Part shown: positions 23,655 to 36,176 of the stretch, in pieces
Layout: each line of letters opens with the position of its first letter
How positions within the stretch are numbered: position 1 is the stretch's first letter
Source of the DNA: Camelus ferus
Lineage: Eukaryota
Assembly: GCF_009834535.1 (NCBI RefSeq)
Contig: NC_045697.1
Span: 56,050,001 to 56,114,000 of the forward strand
DNA length: 64,000 nucleotides
Direction: 5' to 3'
Made by a program: the position numbers and the translations under genes
Notes under the pieces: model-generated
Database searches by the model: none
What the model saw: only the letters and a program-made list of their open reading frames with translations
What the model was told of the DNA's origin: nothing

Positions 23655-23860
23655 AGGAATAATAATCATGACAACAGCTCTGAAGACTGTTACCACATAA
23701 TCTTTAAGCCTCACAACAACCCTGTGAGCTAGATATTATTATTTCAGGTACTGGTGGGAGATTGGGTTTGGGAGAATTAAGTAAATTGCATTGGGGCACA
23801 CAAATAAGACTGACAGGAAAGGTACCAGAGGTGTTTGATGCTTGAAGTACTTGGCTACAC
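23655..23860 (-). mobile_element. MIR SINE
   Basis: tttaagcctcacaacaaccctgtgagctagatattattattt. Confidence 0.7.
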
Positions 23861-24338
23861 CCACTATCTAGAGATTACATTTATTTAAGTATATATAAGT
23901 ATCGTGCTTTGTATTTTGTTTATGCATACCATCTTTCAAGGAAGGAATCGTGTTTTACTACAAAAATCACATGTTTTATAAGAAACTCAATTAGTATAAG
24001 AATAATATAAGTAAAGTATATTGGGACATGAAAAACATACCAGCAAGACAATATCACTATCATCAATGCTAAAGCAATTGAATAGAAAACTTAAGTATGA
24101 GCTTTGAGTTACACAGTTCTCATTTCCTGGCAGAAAACCTGTCAGTTCATCAGGAAAAAGCATTTTTGTCCTTACTCTGGGGTTTGAGAAAAGCTGGCCA
24201 CAGTGTTGTTTGTGTTTGGGGTATTGTACAATGCCATGATTTATAATTTGATTAACAATTTCAAAAAAAGCAGAGCTGATTTTCATCTAATAGGTTCTTA
24301 TATGAGTCATTGTTGAAAGCCAAGGACAACATATTAGA

Positions 24339-24549
24339 AGTGGTTTTCAAATTTCTTTTTTTTTTAAGCAGCAGAAACTCTCATTCAAAAGAAATCACTG
24401 TGGAAGCCCAATACGTGAAGCAGATAACAACAGAATAATTGGGTTTCCTGGCTGTGTTTTTACCTCCTTACTCCCTTCATCTGCTAATGCCTCTGAGACA
24501 GCTTTTTGGAACCACAGAGGCCATTGTGGGCTCAGTGTGAAAACCACTG
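24339..24549. mobile_element. hAT-Charlie MITE (MER112-like)
   Basis: Perfect 11-bp terminal inverted repeats AGTGGTTTTCA (24339-24349) and TGAAAACCACT (24538-24548), about 210 bp apart. Confidence 0.8.
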
Positions 24550-25049
24550 TGTTGAAATATAAAAGGAATGATGTATAGAAGATCAGTGTGCTATGATCCT
24601 GACTTGTGGCTTTCTAACAATCTAGCTAAGAAACAAATTATACTATCTGGTAAACTTTACTTTGAACCAATAGTTCCTAATCCAGAGGTGCTCGTCAGAG
24701 CCAACCTCAGAACATTGTTAAGTATACAATGTCTGGACTCTCCTATACTCATGGAATCGAAATTCATTAATGCAAGTCCTGTGGAAATATGTAAGTTTAG
24801 AACTTGCAAATCTGTACTTTTAGAACATTTATAAATGATTCTGATTTCAAACCCTGTTAAAGAACCCTTACTCAGAACAGAGCTACTCAAAATGGGATCT
24901 GTGGTCTGGGATTGGTGCCAGTCTGCAGCAGTATTAATATAAAGATTAAGAGTTAGCTTTTCCAGACTCTTACTGCAATTTGATGTTGCTGCAATAATCC
25001 AGCTGTGCGATAGGTAGATTCGCCTCATTGAACAGGGCATAGCCCAGCT

Positions 25050-25245
25050 CTGATGCTGTCTGACTCAAATTAAGTGAGTATAAGAATCACTTGGTGGTGG
25101 GGACTTTCTAAGATGCAGTCTCCTAGGCTCCACCTAATATCCTAATTTTGTAGCTTTAGGAGGAACCAATGGATTTATGTTTTTTAAAAACACTGCATAA
25201 TTCTGATACAAGTGATTGAAACACCACACTTTAAAAAAACATTGA
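25050..25245. mobile_element. MER5-type hAT-Charlie MITE
   Basis: ataagaatcacttgg...aagatgcagtctcctaggctccacc...attctgatacaag...accacactttaaaaaaacattg. Confidence 0.6.
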
Positions 25246-25519
25246 GTGTATATGTGTATATTATACATTATATATCACTCAGAAAATGCTATATAAATAT
25301 TCTCTATTATTAATCTCAAAAAAGAGAATATGAAAACGTGTTAAGGCTAAAAGTGGCTTGTATTTTTATTAGACAACACTATGCACAATAAGGACATACA
25401 AAATCTTAGAGAATTGTCAAAACTCTATAGATATAGAAGGATTAGTTCACAGGTAATGTAAATTCAAGCAAATGTCTGTTCTCAGGGCTAAGCATTTGGA
25501 AGGTTGAACAATCAGCCGG

Positions 25520-25612
25520 ATACTTCCTGTTTTATTCACTGATGTATCCCTAAGGCCTAGAACAGTTCTTGGTACTTAAGTAGATGCTTAATAAATGCTT
25601 GTTGAATGAAAG
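25520..25612 (+). mobile_element. LINE-2 3' end
   Basis: tattcactgatgtatccctaaggcctagaacagttcttggtac...aataaatgcttgttgaatgaa. Confidence 0.8.
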
Positions 25613-25699
25613 AACCCTCATTCATTGCAGGTGCCCATAGAACTTGAATAGAAGTTGAAACAGTGAGCTGGAGTTTTTCCTCAGTTATTTATATATTGT

Positions 25700-26265
25700 T
25701 TGTATTACATTGGATTATATTACATTGAAGATAATATAAAAAACTGTCCAACACTGACTTAAAAGGTAGAGGACTTAAAAAAGTTTTGAGAAAGAAGTTT
25801 CAGGGTAGATATCTGGTGGTTTGAGTTCAGTGGCTTAATGATGTCAGGACAGGTGTCCTTGTGACTTTTTTGGCCTCACTCTCAATCTTATTGCCTCCTG
25901 GTTGCAAGAAGGCTGATGCATCTTTAAGCATCACATTCAGTTCAGAACAAGAAGAAGAAGGGAAAAAGAAGAGCCAAGAATCACGTCAGCTAGACTATTC
26001 CTTCCTAAGACAACAAGATTTTCCCAGAAACTGGCAAGCAGATTTCTGTTTTTTATAGCTCACTGGCCAGACCTATGTAACAAGGCCCCTCAGTTCAGTG
26101 GAGGCTAAGATTATAGAAACATGATGATCATTATTTGCTAAGGCCAGTCATGACCCATTGTCTGGTGCTAGGCACATTGCCACTCCAAACACAAGTGAGT
26201 TTCTGATATTAAGGAGGGAGAAAGCATGTGAGTAACTAATGGGCATAAGATAGCACCTGCTACCA
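25700..26265 (-). mobile_element. Old MaLR LTR (MLT1J/K/L-like)
   Basis: gcagatttctgttttttatagctcactggccagac and ggctgatgcatctttaagcatcacattc resemble reversed MLT1. Confidence 0.55.
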
Positions 26266-27469
26266 TAACATTGAAGAGTGAAAATACTTTTATTTTATTT
26301 TACTTTATTTCCTTTTTTTCTTTTCCTTTACACATGTTGTAAAAGGATAAATAGTCAACCACTGAGGTTATATTTTGACCAAAACCAGATTTTAGGCACC
26401 AGGTTAACTAGGCAAAAATGATTGCTACTAGATCATCAGTCTGGTACCCTGTAAAGATACATAATTTATTGTATTTTAAAAGGCTGACTTAAAAATTACT
26501 TCCCTGCTAGCTACTTTGAAATGGATAGTTAGAGCAGGGTACTAAAGTGTTTATGTTCAGTCACCTTAAATTAGTGGGCACAGTATTTGTTTGTACTTCT
26601 GTCTATATTGCTTTATATTTTGACTAATTTTTGATGATAAGTCATTATCCAAAGATTTCTTATAATTTTTTTAAATTTTAGGTAAAAGAATCTTTCTGTG
26701 GTGTTTACATCAGAATTCAATTTTGACTAAGCCACAAGACTGACTGACACGGGGATAATGACTCAAGCTGCCAGCAAAATTTGGGTCATTTCTCATTTCA
26801 CAAAAGGGCCACTGGGCCACCCGGTTGTTTGCTTGTTTTTGGAAATGCCATCACCTTAAATTCAGACTAAATTTGTGCAAGTTTTTCTCTGTTTCAGTGC
26901 ATGTTCAGATCTAATCATCATTTATCCGACCCTGAAGGCTAGAAAACTAATTATTATATAGATTGTTTTGCAGTTTGGTCTATTTCAGTCAAACGTTAGG
27001 GGCAATCAGGGACTGAGGTAAGGATTCATGCCAGGTGAAGAATCAGCTTTGCATACATTTTCCATTCTGTTTTTATGTACTTTTTGACATCTAAGGACAA
27101 AATATATTCAGACAAACATATACCCTGTTTTGCCCCAAATAGCATAGCTTAAAGCATAATGAAAAACAAAATAAAAAATTAAGAAAAAAAGGTTCATTGT
27201 TACTGTTTTGCTTTCTGAAATCTTGTAACTTACTGTTGGAAATTTGACTCTAAATTGTGATTTCCCCAGAAAAACTAATATTTGCTATGTTTAGATTAAA
27301 AGATCTGAAGATTTCCATCTTATATACAGTAATATTAGTGCATTAGGGAGATACTGGCTTCTGTAACATGTTATTCAAAATTCATTGATTTAGTAAAACT
27401 CATTTCTACATAGAAATTAAGAGTTTCAAAGGAGAGAACATTTGGATTCAGTTCAATATTGGGGCAAGT

Positions 27470-27652
27470 GTGATATAGAAGCAAGAGAAAGAGTTTTAGA
27501 GTTAGATGGTTTTGGATTCCAGTTATGAGCTTATTACCTCCGTAACCTTGGACCACTGCCCCATTTAACTTTTCTCAACTTCAATTTCCTCATCTGTAAA
27601 ATGGGGAGAATAACATACTAAAGGATCGTTGTTAGGATTAAGTGGGTATAAT
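27470..27652 (+). mobile_element. MIR SINE
   Basis: cttcaatttcctcatctgtaaaatggggagaataaca core. Confidence 0.85.
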
Positions 27653-28718
27653 GTTTATTGAATACAGATACATATAATTTTATTAGTTTTCATCACTGAT
27701 ATTACAAAGATGAAAATTGGGACCCTCAAAGTAAAATCACTTCCACGAGCTGACACAGTAGCAAAGCAGAACCATAGGACTAATGAATATTCTCGGTGCA
27801 ACAAACCATTCTCACAGAGAATTGTGAATAAGCACATTTATTTCAAGATTTAGGATTTATACTGCTTTGTAAGGAATAGCTTCATATGTTATCCACATAT
27901 ATTGTGGCGTGGAACTGAGCGGGGGTTGAGTGAGCGTATTCTGTAATAGGATGATTTTCAAGCCCATTATGTCATCTAATGTTGACTTTTCTCTTTAAAA
28001 TAAAAAACAATATGTAAGATTTGACAAGTTTGGTTACCATACCCGACAAAGTAGCCACTGAAAACCGTATGGTTTCGCTCTTTTCATGCCATGTGTCCTG
28101 AGAGCGGAGCAGACTGCTCATTAGTCACAATTTAGCTGTCAGTGGATTTCAGTGTTACCTTTGCCTAAACACTTTGTATGGACTAACCAGTGGATACTAA
28201 TTCTCAATTCCCCTTTGCCATCTCCCTGAGTTTGTACTTTTAGAGTATATTGACCATTCAGAATCTTTAGTATGAATTTCTAATTGATTTTTGCTTCCCT
28301 TAAAGTTGTATGCTTCATAATATGAATATTCTACTCCTCAGTTTTCAAAGAAAGTGGCTAAAACTTCTTTGTTTATGATGATGAAAACTATTTTGAAACA
28401 AAATGAACAAAAAGAGGCAAAAAAAAACCCCAAAATGAGCAGAGGTGAATTCATTTTTAAACAGATAATTAAAAGCAATGGTTATTCCTCCGAGGCAACA
28501 ATGAGTATAATATATTAAGATTGAAAGGGAAAACAACAATCATCTATCTTTGATATCACTTTGAAGATAAACAATCTGATAGTTTAAGTGACTCAGTTTG
28601 AAATGTCATTGGAATTCTGTAAGTAGAATATGGGAAGTATCAAGACACGATAGAAGGAGAATAGACTTCGGGAATAAGAGAGACTGGAGTTTGCCTTCAG
28701 ATTCTGCCACTTCACAGT

Positions 28719-29110
28719 TGTATCAGTTAGGATGTCTTCCTCTGCAAATAGCAGCAAGTCACTTCCCCACTGGATTAAGCAACAAAAGTGATTATTTCCC
28801 GTATAGCAGAAAGTCCTAAGAGAGGCAAGTTTCAAATTTAGATGGATTAGCGACTCTGTGATATAATTTGGAACCGGATACGTTTCATCCCTTCACCCTG
28901 CCAACGCTGATCTGTAGGCTTTGCTCGCCCGCTGACTCTCCTTATTTGCTCTAGATGGCTGCATCAGTTCCAGGAAACACACTCGTGCCCAGCAACTTTC
29001 AAGGCAGCCAGGAGTTTCCTTTTCTGATGTTTTCTTCTCAAAAACTCCTTTCCCTTGCAGATCACCTTCACAGCTCATTGGACAGAACTGAATCAGTGGT
29101 AAGGCCACAT
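28719..29110 (-). mobile_element. Old MaLR LTR (MLT1-like)
   Basis: Starts tgtatcagttaggatg. Contains agatggctgcatcagttccagg and ctcattggacagaactgaatc. Confidence 0.55.
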
Positions 29111-29149
29111 AATTGAAACTGAAATAATAAGTTCAGCATTGCTAAACTG

Positions 29150-29830
29150 TGGAAAGAGAAAGAGGGAAAAACCTGAATGAAACTGGAGAAGAAAATAGAG
29201 ACCAGTATTCTGGAAGAATTTATATTAAAAACAGTAAGACACAACTACAAGGTTTGAAGTAGGGAAGTGACATGACCACATTGGTGGCTTCAAAAGGTCT
29301 TTCTGGATGCAGTATTTTGTAGATATCTTCAGGATTTATGCCTCTCTATTGAGAAACCAGTTAGGAGATTTTTTCAAGTGAAACTTTATGGCAAGGATAC
29401 GACCGGATTGGTTATGCTGTGAAATGAAACAGCAGGCAGTTCAGAGAGTTATATACAGAACAGAGTGAGAATTGGGATTTGGTTACTGATTCAATGTGGA
29501 GATAAAGGTGAAGGAAGACAAAGGTGACTCAGATTTCTGGATGGAACATCTCGTTCTGTGGCATTGCATTCACTGAAATAGGGAACATAGGAGGAAGATT
29601 TTTTTTTTTTAACAGGGAAGATAATTTGTTCATTTTGAGACAAGTTGAATTTGGAATGGCTGCATGTCATGAATGTGTTAATAACTAGGAGACACTTTTA
29701 TAAGTGGATAGGAATTTCAGGAGAGAGAAATGGACAAGATACATGTATTTGAGGGGTTATTAACATTTACATTACAATTGAATACTTGGAAGTTTGTGAG
29801 CTCCTCTACAGGGGTCCTTACATAGAAGAT
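29150..29830 (-). mobile_element. LINE-2 fragments
   Basis: gcattcactgaaatagggaacataggaggaag, gttcattttgagacaagttgaatttg and gaaaccagttaggag. Confidence 0.65.
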
Positions 29831-32787
29831 ACATGAGAGAGATGGTAATTTCACCTTTAAAACCCAGCAGCCAACAAACAAAAAAATGAATATCCTAGTC
29901 ATTCTCCAACCTGAATAGTCTTATTCAGTATGTATGGACTGGTGCCAAGACATTTGTTCTTTCCAAAACGTTCTTTTTTTTTTATTCCTGTTTTAAGTCC
30001 TAGTCAAGAATCATTGGTGTAGAATGATAAGTGAAGACAGTCCACAAAAATAAAGTATTGATCGAAGCCAAGGTTTGAATGGTTGTTAGAGGAAGAGTAG
30101 CTTATAATGGAAACATATAGCCAGAGAGATAAAAGAAAACCATAGAAATATGTTGCCACTGAAGGTGAAAGGTGAGAGAGAGTGTTCGTGGAGGTCATGA
30201 CCATATGCTAGCAAAACGTAAGGAAAACCAGCAAATCAGAGCTCCATGATTATCACAAGTTTTCAGAACCAGTCTTCTAGATTTTTCTCAAGCAGTGTTT
30301 GACAGCCATGATTCATGTACAAATAAGTAAGGTAGGTTCATTCATGATTAGGGTTTACTTCATGACCTTTGGATGTGCTGGGGAGATAGGTGGCTGTAAT
30401 CAAGGTAGTCTGTGTCTAGGCTCTAAGTGAGGGACTTGGTTGCAGGAAGCTATAAGCAAGGCTCATGATCTGTCATGAAGGCCCTGGGTGTTGCCTCATA
30501 TTTTCTTCCTTTCTTGATTTCCCTGCTGGGGCTCCAAGTGAGACTGCAGACTGTCAGGATTCTGTTGATCCTCTAGGTTTTTGAGATCATTAAATGAAGG
30601 AACATGTATAGGTTGCCTGGTAGAGCACCTGACACATAGTAAACACTGAATACATTCCTTTCCTCATATTCTTTCTTCTTTTTCTAAGAAAGGTTATACA
30701 ATTAAGTTGCTCAGATTTGCAAAAGAAATGAATACTCTCCCATTCATTGTCTGTGGAAATACAGTTGGTTATAGATTCTTGTTTTCAAGTAAAGATGCTA
30801 GAAATCTGTGTAACACACTAAACCTAAAACATAATTTTTACCAAATTTACAAATTTACTTTTCCAATGGGAAACACATGGCTTCTTTCTCTGCACTCCTT
30901 TTGCCAACTGTTCTTTGTTCCCTGCAGCAGTTGTCAAATTATAAAATTCAGCCTAGAAGCAAGAAATCACATCTGTGCTGAATGGTACCATGGAGAGAGG
31001 CTGGACAGCTGTATATCTGGGGTTTATTCCCACAGATTAGTTAAATGTGTGCTATAATTGAATCCGGTAGCTTTTCTGATATCGTTAAATGGAAATCAAC
31101 AAGCAAGCATCCATCAAAACTCTCCTGTATTCAATGCCTTTAGGGAAGATTACCATCCTATCTGCTACGAATCCAGATTATTCTCTCTACACTGTGGTGG
31201 AAGTCCGACTACCATTATAATTGTGTTTGTTTGTTGATATGAAGATCATAGAGGAAGAGAAGCAATATAAGATGAAGACCATGTCCTGTGACTCTTCTTC
31301 ACCTCATGTCATCGAGGATCACACTTTTCTTTCAAGGCGTTGCCCGCTGATGGCAATGGGACTGAGTAACCTTGAGCTGTCATCAAGACACATTCATCCC
31401 AGTGCATCATTGTCCTTTTTTTTGCTTTTTGTGACTAATGTTGGCAAGATATTAAGGAGGAAGTAATGGAGTCAGAGTGATTCACAGCAAGTTATGAATA
31501 TTTGAATATTATAACCATTAAAGAGCGTATTTGAATACTTAACTCCAATTAATCTTTAATTGTTAGAATGTGTGAAGTTGAGGCCTTAGAAGTCTTTTGG
31601 TGCATATTCCATCTTACTCATTCTGCCCTCCCCTTGTCCTCTTGAATCCCAACAAAAAGTGTAGTTAGCAACCCTCTGGCTTTTCTGAAAGTAAATTCTT
31701 TAAAAGCTTTTCTATGTTTTTTTCAAGAAAGCATTAAAATTATTAGTGTGTAGTAATAAAAATAAAACATACTTAATATTAGTTTGGATTGTTTCCTATT
31801 ATAATCTGTTATTTGGTTGGGCAGTTAACTGATTTTTACTTATTAAAAAGTTCCTGTATTCTGGAGTCTTTCTTTTCCCTGCATTAACTTTAGGAATTTG
31901 CAATAGACTAAGTACTCATTGACCTCTGTAGAGTTATTTCTCTCAGAGAATCAGTCTTCTTAATTACTGATTAGAACACAAACCAATATGCCCATCTTCA
32001 TTGTAATTATACAATGGCTGAAGGAAAATGACCTTGAAGACTGTCTCTCAGTTTAATGGTGTGGTTTCATTTTAAAATATAAATAATAGAATAAAAATAT
32101 TTTCCATAAAATTTCTGATATCTAATTAATGTCTTTCAGAGTAACTCTGGTATCAAACATTTCCTCTAATTATATTCATTAGTGGCTTCTCCTGGACAAG
32201 TTTTAATTAAGTTGTACAACGAAGATCAATTCTCATTTTGTATTCATTGCAGTTTACAACAAGCATATACAGTTCAGAACAATTTAATTACTGTAATTGT
32301 AGCACAGAAGATACTTAGTGACTGTGCTCCATTACTGCCAAACCCCCTTTTAATAAATTCAGTAATGAAATTGGAAAAGGAAATTCTGAAAATTCACATT
32401 TATATATAAGCTATGTCTAAACTGGTTTTGATGTTAGTAGCTTAAGTAATGGAGGGAATGGAGGCATTAATAACATCAGTGGCGTAGTGTTTTTTTCATA
32501 CATACCATTATGAATATTGAGAAATTATTAGAGTGTAAATAAGAACACTTGTAATAATAGTTACATTAATTACTAAAAATAATTTAGGGATGTTAGGTAA
32601 TCAGAATACTCTATTTTGTCTCTAAATAAGACTTCAATTTTTATTACTTTCATTTCCTTAAATAGGAGTAGTATTTTGATTCATAAGGAATGCTTCTGAA
32701 TATGTGAACTTCTATTAATGAAGATTGTGCTACAGGTGCATTTTACAAGGAAGGTAGAGATTTTCTAGCAGCATCATGGATGTATAC

Positions 32788-33000
32788 CAGGCTTTCTCAG
32801 CTTTGGCACTAGTGAAATTTGGGCCAAATAATTCTTTCCTGGGGAGTGGGAGGACTTTTGCTGTGCATGAAGGAGGTTTAGTCAGTTGCAAGCCTGGCTT
32901 CTCCCATGAGATACCGGTAGCAAATACTCCCTCTACCTTCCAGTTTTGACAATCAAAAATGTCTCCAGACATTATCAGATGCCCATGTTGAGAACCACTG
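32788..33000 (-). mobile_element. MER20 (hAT-Charlie MITE)
   Basis: Ends caggctttctcagc and gttgagaaccactg. Internal caaaaatgtctccagacatt and gggccaaataattcttt. Confidence 0.85.
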
Positions 33001-33189
33001 ATGTGTGTTGATTCAGCCACACCCTCCTGATCTGCCCACTGACCAAATGATTCATTCATAAGACAAATGGCTATTCTGCTGTTCTGAGGGCAGGCTACGT
33101 TCATAGGCATGAGTCAAACATGGTGTTCTTTTAAGGGAACAGTACAACTCTATGTATTCCCTGTTTTGGAGATTAAAATCAGATGTTAA

Positions 33190-33370
33190 TAAAATGTTCA
33201 ATAATACTACCTTACCTAGATTTAGGAAAAGGAGAATCAGAGACGGCTTCCTGGAGAAGGCAATTCCTGAAATACATTTTGAAGGACAAATGAAGAGTTA
33301 GCATTCACAACAGGAGAAGGGTATTTGAGATAGCTAAAGCAGCACATGCAAAGCTTGGAGGTAAAAGAAC
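33190..33370 (-). mobile_element. LINE-2 fragment
   Basis: aatcagagacggcttcctggagaagg...ttttgaaggacaaatgaagagttagc...cagcacatgcaaag. Confidence 0.6.
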
Positions 33371-35250
33371 ACTCTATCTGTATCTGTCTATCTACCTATT
33401 TAATTTTAGATGGATCTAATTTTAGATAGTTGTTTTCCCAGAGGCATCAAATCTCAATTTTCTCTGCATTATATGAACAAAATTATAATATAGTACTCTG
33501 TCGGTAATTACCTACAACACCTAACTTTTCTCTTTTTTCTCAGTTTCCAACTTAGTAATGGTATATGTAAATATCTGCTTTGCATTGTGAATTTTTTTAA
33601 AATCATTTGATTTTAGGAGGAAAGCAATTTTAGACAGTAGTGAAATGTGACATACATGTGTTTCCTGTAAACCTCCTAATCCGTTTATCTGAAGAAAACC
33701 TTTTGACAAGTTCATCAAAAGAAAGATAATATACATTCCTACTGTTATTTTCATGTGTTCAGTAATGTATTCCAGTATTGAAAACTGCCAATAAATTGTG
33801 TTAACAGCCAAGCTAGTATTTTGAGGTCATTCATTTACTTTCACACATATATATTTTCTAAGCCAAAAGAGTAAAAATGGTCATTTAAAGTTAATTCAAA
33901 TGAGGGTCACTAAATTTTAGAAAGACTTCTAGAATTCTGCTGGTAATAATGAATATTTCAAGATGCACATATTATTAAGAGATCTCCTAGGAATGCTGTG
34001 TTTCTTATGGTAGGCTAGTTATGAATTCCTAGAATTCCTATGCACATCAGTTCGCCACCACAGGATTTAGTTCAGTATGACTGCCATCACGGTAGAAGAC
34101 CTTTAGTTTGCTCATTTGTGCTACTTTATCTAGTCTATGCAGAGAGGCTGCCTCTCAGTATCAAAGGTGAGTCAAATGAGTCATAAAGACGAATAAACAG
34201 AACGATTTAGGTTCTGCATTCCCCTGATATTTAGTCATGTCTAGACACAGCCCTAGTGCCCCAGAAAAAACTAAAATGAGGACAAGGACATTTAAGTTTA
34301 ATGTAGCCTTATTCCCATAGAAACCAGAAAAGCCAACAGTAGAGTAAAAAGATGAGAGTACAGATCTATCTGAAAAATTAGATTTAGTAGCATGATTGGC
34401 AGATTTGCAAGGTTAGTGGGTAGTGAAGCAGTTTGGGTTTGTTTGCTTTTGGTTTTTGCTGTTTTAAAGGATGGCTTTCTCAGTTATATCTTTCCTCTGA
34501 AAAATAATAATTCCACAAATTATTTATTATTTTGTTCCCTAAAGCCAGTACGGTGTGTGTAAGCTAAAGTTGATACATGTTTTATTGGCAAGCATTTTTA
34601 TTAAGAGCTCAGAACTTAATGAGGAAAAGAAACAAGTATGTGTATATGTTATAGTATTGAGTATGTATCTTTTTTAAACTTTTAAGTTTTTGATTTATTC
34701 TTACAGTAATAATTTTAATACAGACTGTTACCTTAGTGTATAAAATATGTATGTTTGCATATGTGATATGAAATAGGGTTAAATGCACATAATTTCCATA
34801 CATGTAGAAAATTTGTTCCAGTGGTGATCTTGATTTCCTTGGTCATAATAATTTTATGTTCTCTTGTTGAAGTTTTATAACACATTTCTCAGCCTATCAA
34901 CTGTTAAACCTTTAGTACACCAGGCACTACCCTTGCAGATAGAACCATCTTTTTTAGAGCTGCTGGCGTTTCAAGATACTGGCTCTTGAATGCAGTTAGA
35001 GGAAGTTTCAGTAGCTCTGACTAGAGTTAATCCAGTTGTTTCCCTTTTGGGTCCAAATGCCATGCTCATTCAGAGTGCCTCAGCTCTACAGCATGCCAGG
35101 TAGCTCCATTTGGTTTAGGTATAATATATTAAAAGATAATGATCTGTGATCTAGATGTAAAGCATTTTGACTACACAGCATCCTTTAAACTACTTCAATT
35201 TCACAGGGACAGTAGGTGAACCTGTTGAAATGTAAATTCCGCACTCCATG

Positions 35251-35260
35251 AGTGTGTGTG

Positions 35261-35293
<33 letters not shown>

Positions 35294-35317
35294 GTGAGTG
35301 TGGGTGTATATATATGT
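35251..35317. repeat. Imperfect (TG)n/(TA)n microsatellite
   Basis: Read directly from the sequence. Confidence 0.9.
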
Positions 35318-36111
35318 ACCTACTTTTCCATGGCTTCCTTTTGCAATGATGATGTAGATTTACATTCTGGGAATTACAAATATTTTAGGATATCCAACCA
35401 TAATTGAGGTCTGCCTTTCAAAAATGTAGCTAATAGTCCTATAAGAATCTCATTTTGGACTATAGTTACATAATAAGTAGAAAATATCTTTGGGAGTGCA
35501 GTGGGCACTTAACTATAGCAACAACCTTAGAGCTGCTACAGCTTTCTAGGCTTGGTTATTAAGGGTCTGTAGACTTATTTCTTAATTAAATTTGCAATTT
35601 GGATTACAGATTTTGGTTAATATCACAAAAAACGTTACAAGCTTGGGAATAGTTTATTGCTGCTTAATGTAAGTTATTTGTTAACTGCTTCATAACAGCT
35701 TTCCAAAAGAAAATATAGTTTGTTGAGCCACCGTTTTATGGCTGAAGCTTAATCCTAAAACGTAGAGCCTTTTAGAACAAAAGCATGGCCCTCATGGTTA
35801 TCTGTGGACCTTTCATTTTTTTTCTTTTTCTTATTAATTATTTTCTTTTATTCTCATTTGACAGAAAAAAGCACTTAGGGTAATGACTTGTTTACATATT
35901 TTTTCTGTAATTGTTCTCCAAATGGTTATTCAAAAATCACTTGTTATCTTGCATCCTAATAATGTTTTCTTTGAGTTATAACTCTTGCATTCATCATACG
36001 AGTGCTTAATCTACTTTCAGTCATGTGAGCAATTTGTACTTTTAATAACACTATGAAAACAATGATGTATATTTATATATTTGACTAAGCTTTGTGTTCT
36101 TTCTCTTTTAG

Positions 36112-36176
36112 TGAATTTGTTGGATTCACGGACTGTCATGGGGGACCTGGGATGGATTGCTTTTCCAAAAAATGGG
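36112..36176 (+). CDS. EPHA5: EPHA5 coding exon 2 (start of the ephrin ligand-binding domain), 65 nt
   Basis: Branch-like GACTAAG at 36083-36089, polypyrimidine tract and ttttAG| acceptor. Joined to the exon-1 terminal G it reads [22 protein letters not shown]. Donor GGG|GTAAGC. 181+65=246 nt = 82 codons. Too short to appear in the ORF track. Confidence 0.97.

Larger units (their letters stand above)
10725..36111 (+). other. EPHA5: EPHA5 intron 1 (25,387 nt, GT-AG)
   Basis: GT at 10725 and AG at 36110-36111 join the two exons in frame. Confidence 0.95.

Noticed and set aside
31150..31470. Mixed-composition stretch and 81-aa ORF, possible retro-pseudogene
   Set aside because: No recognisable protein, poly(A) tail or target-site duplication. 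A BLAST search would be needed to say more.
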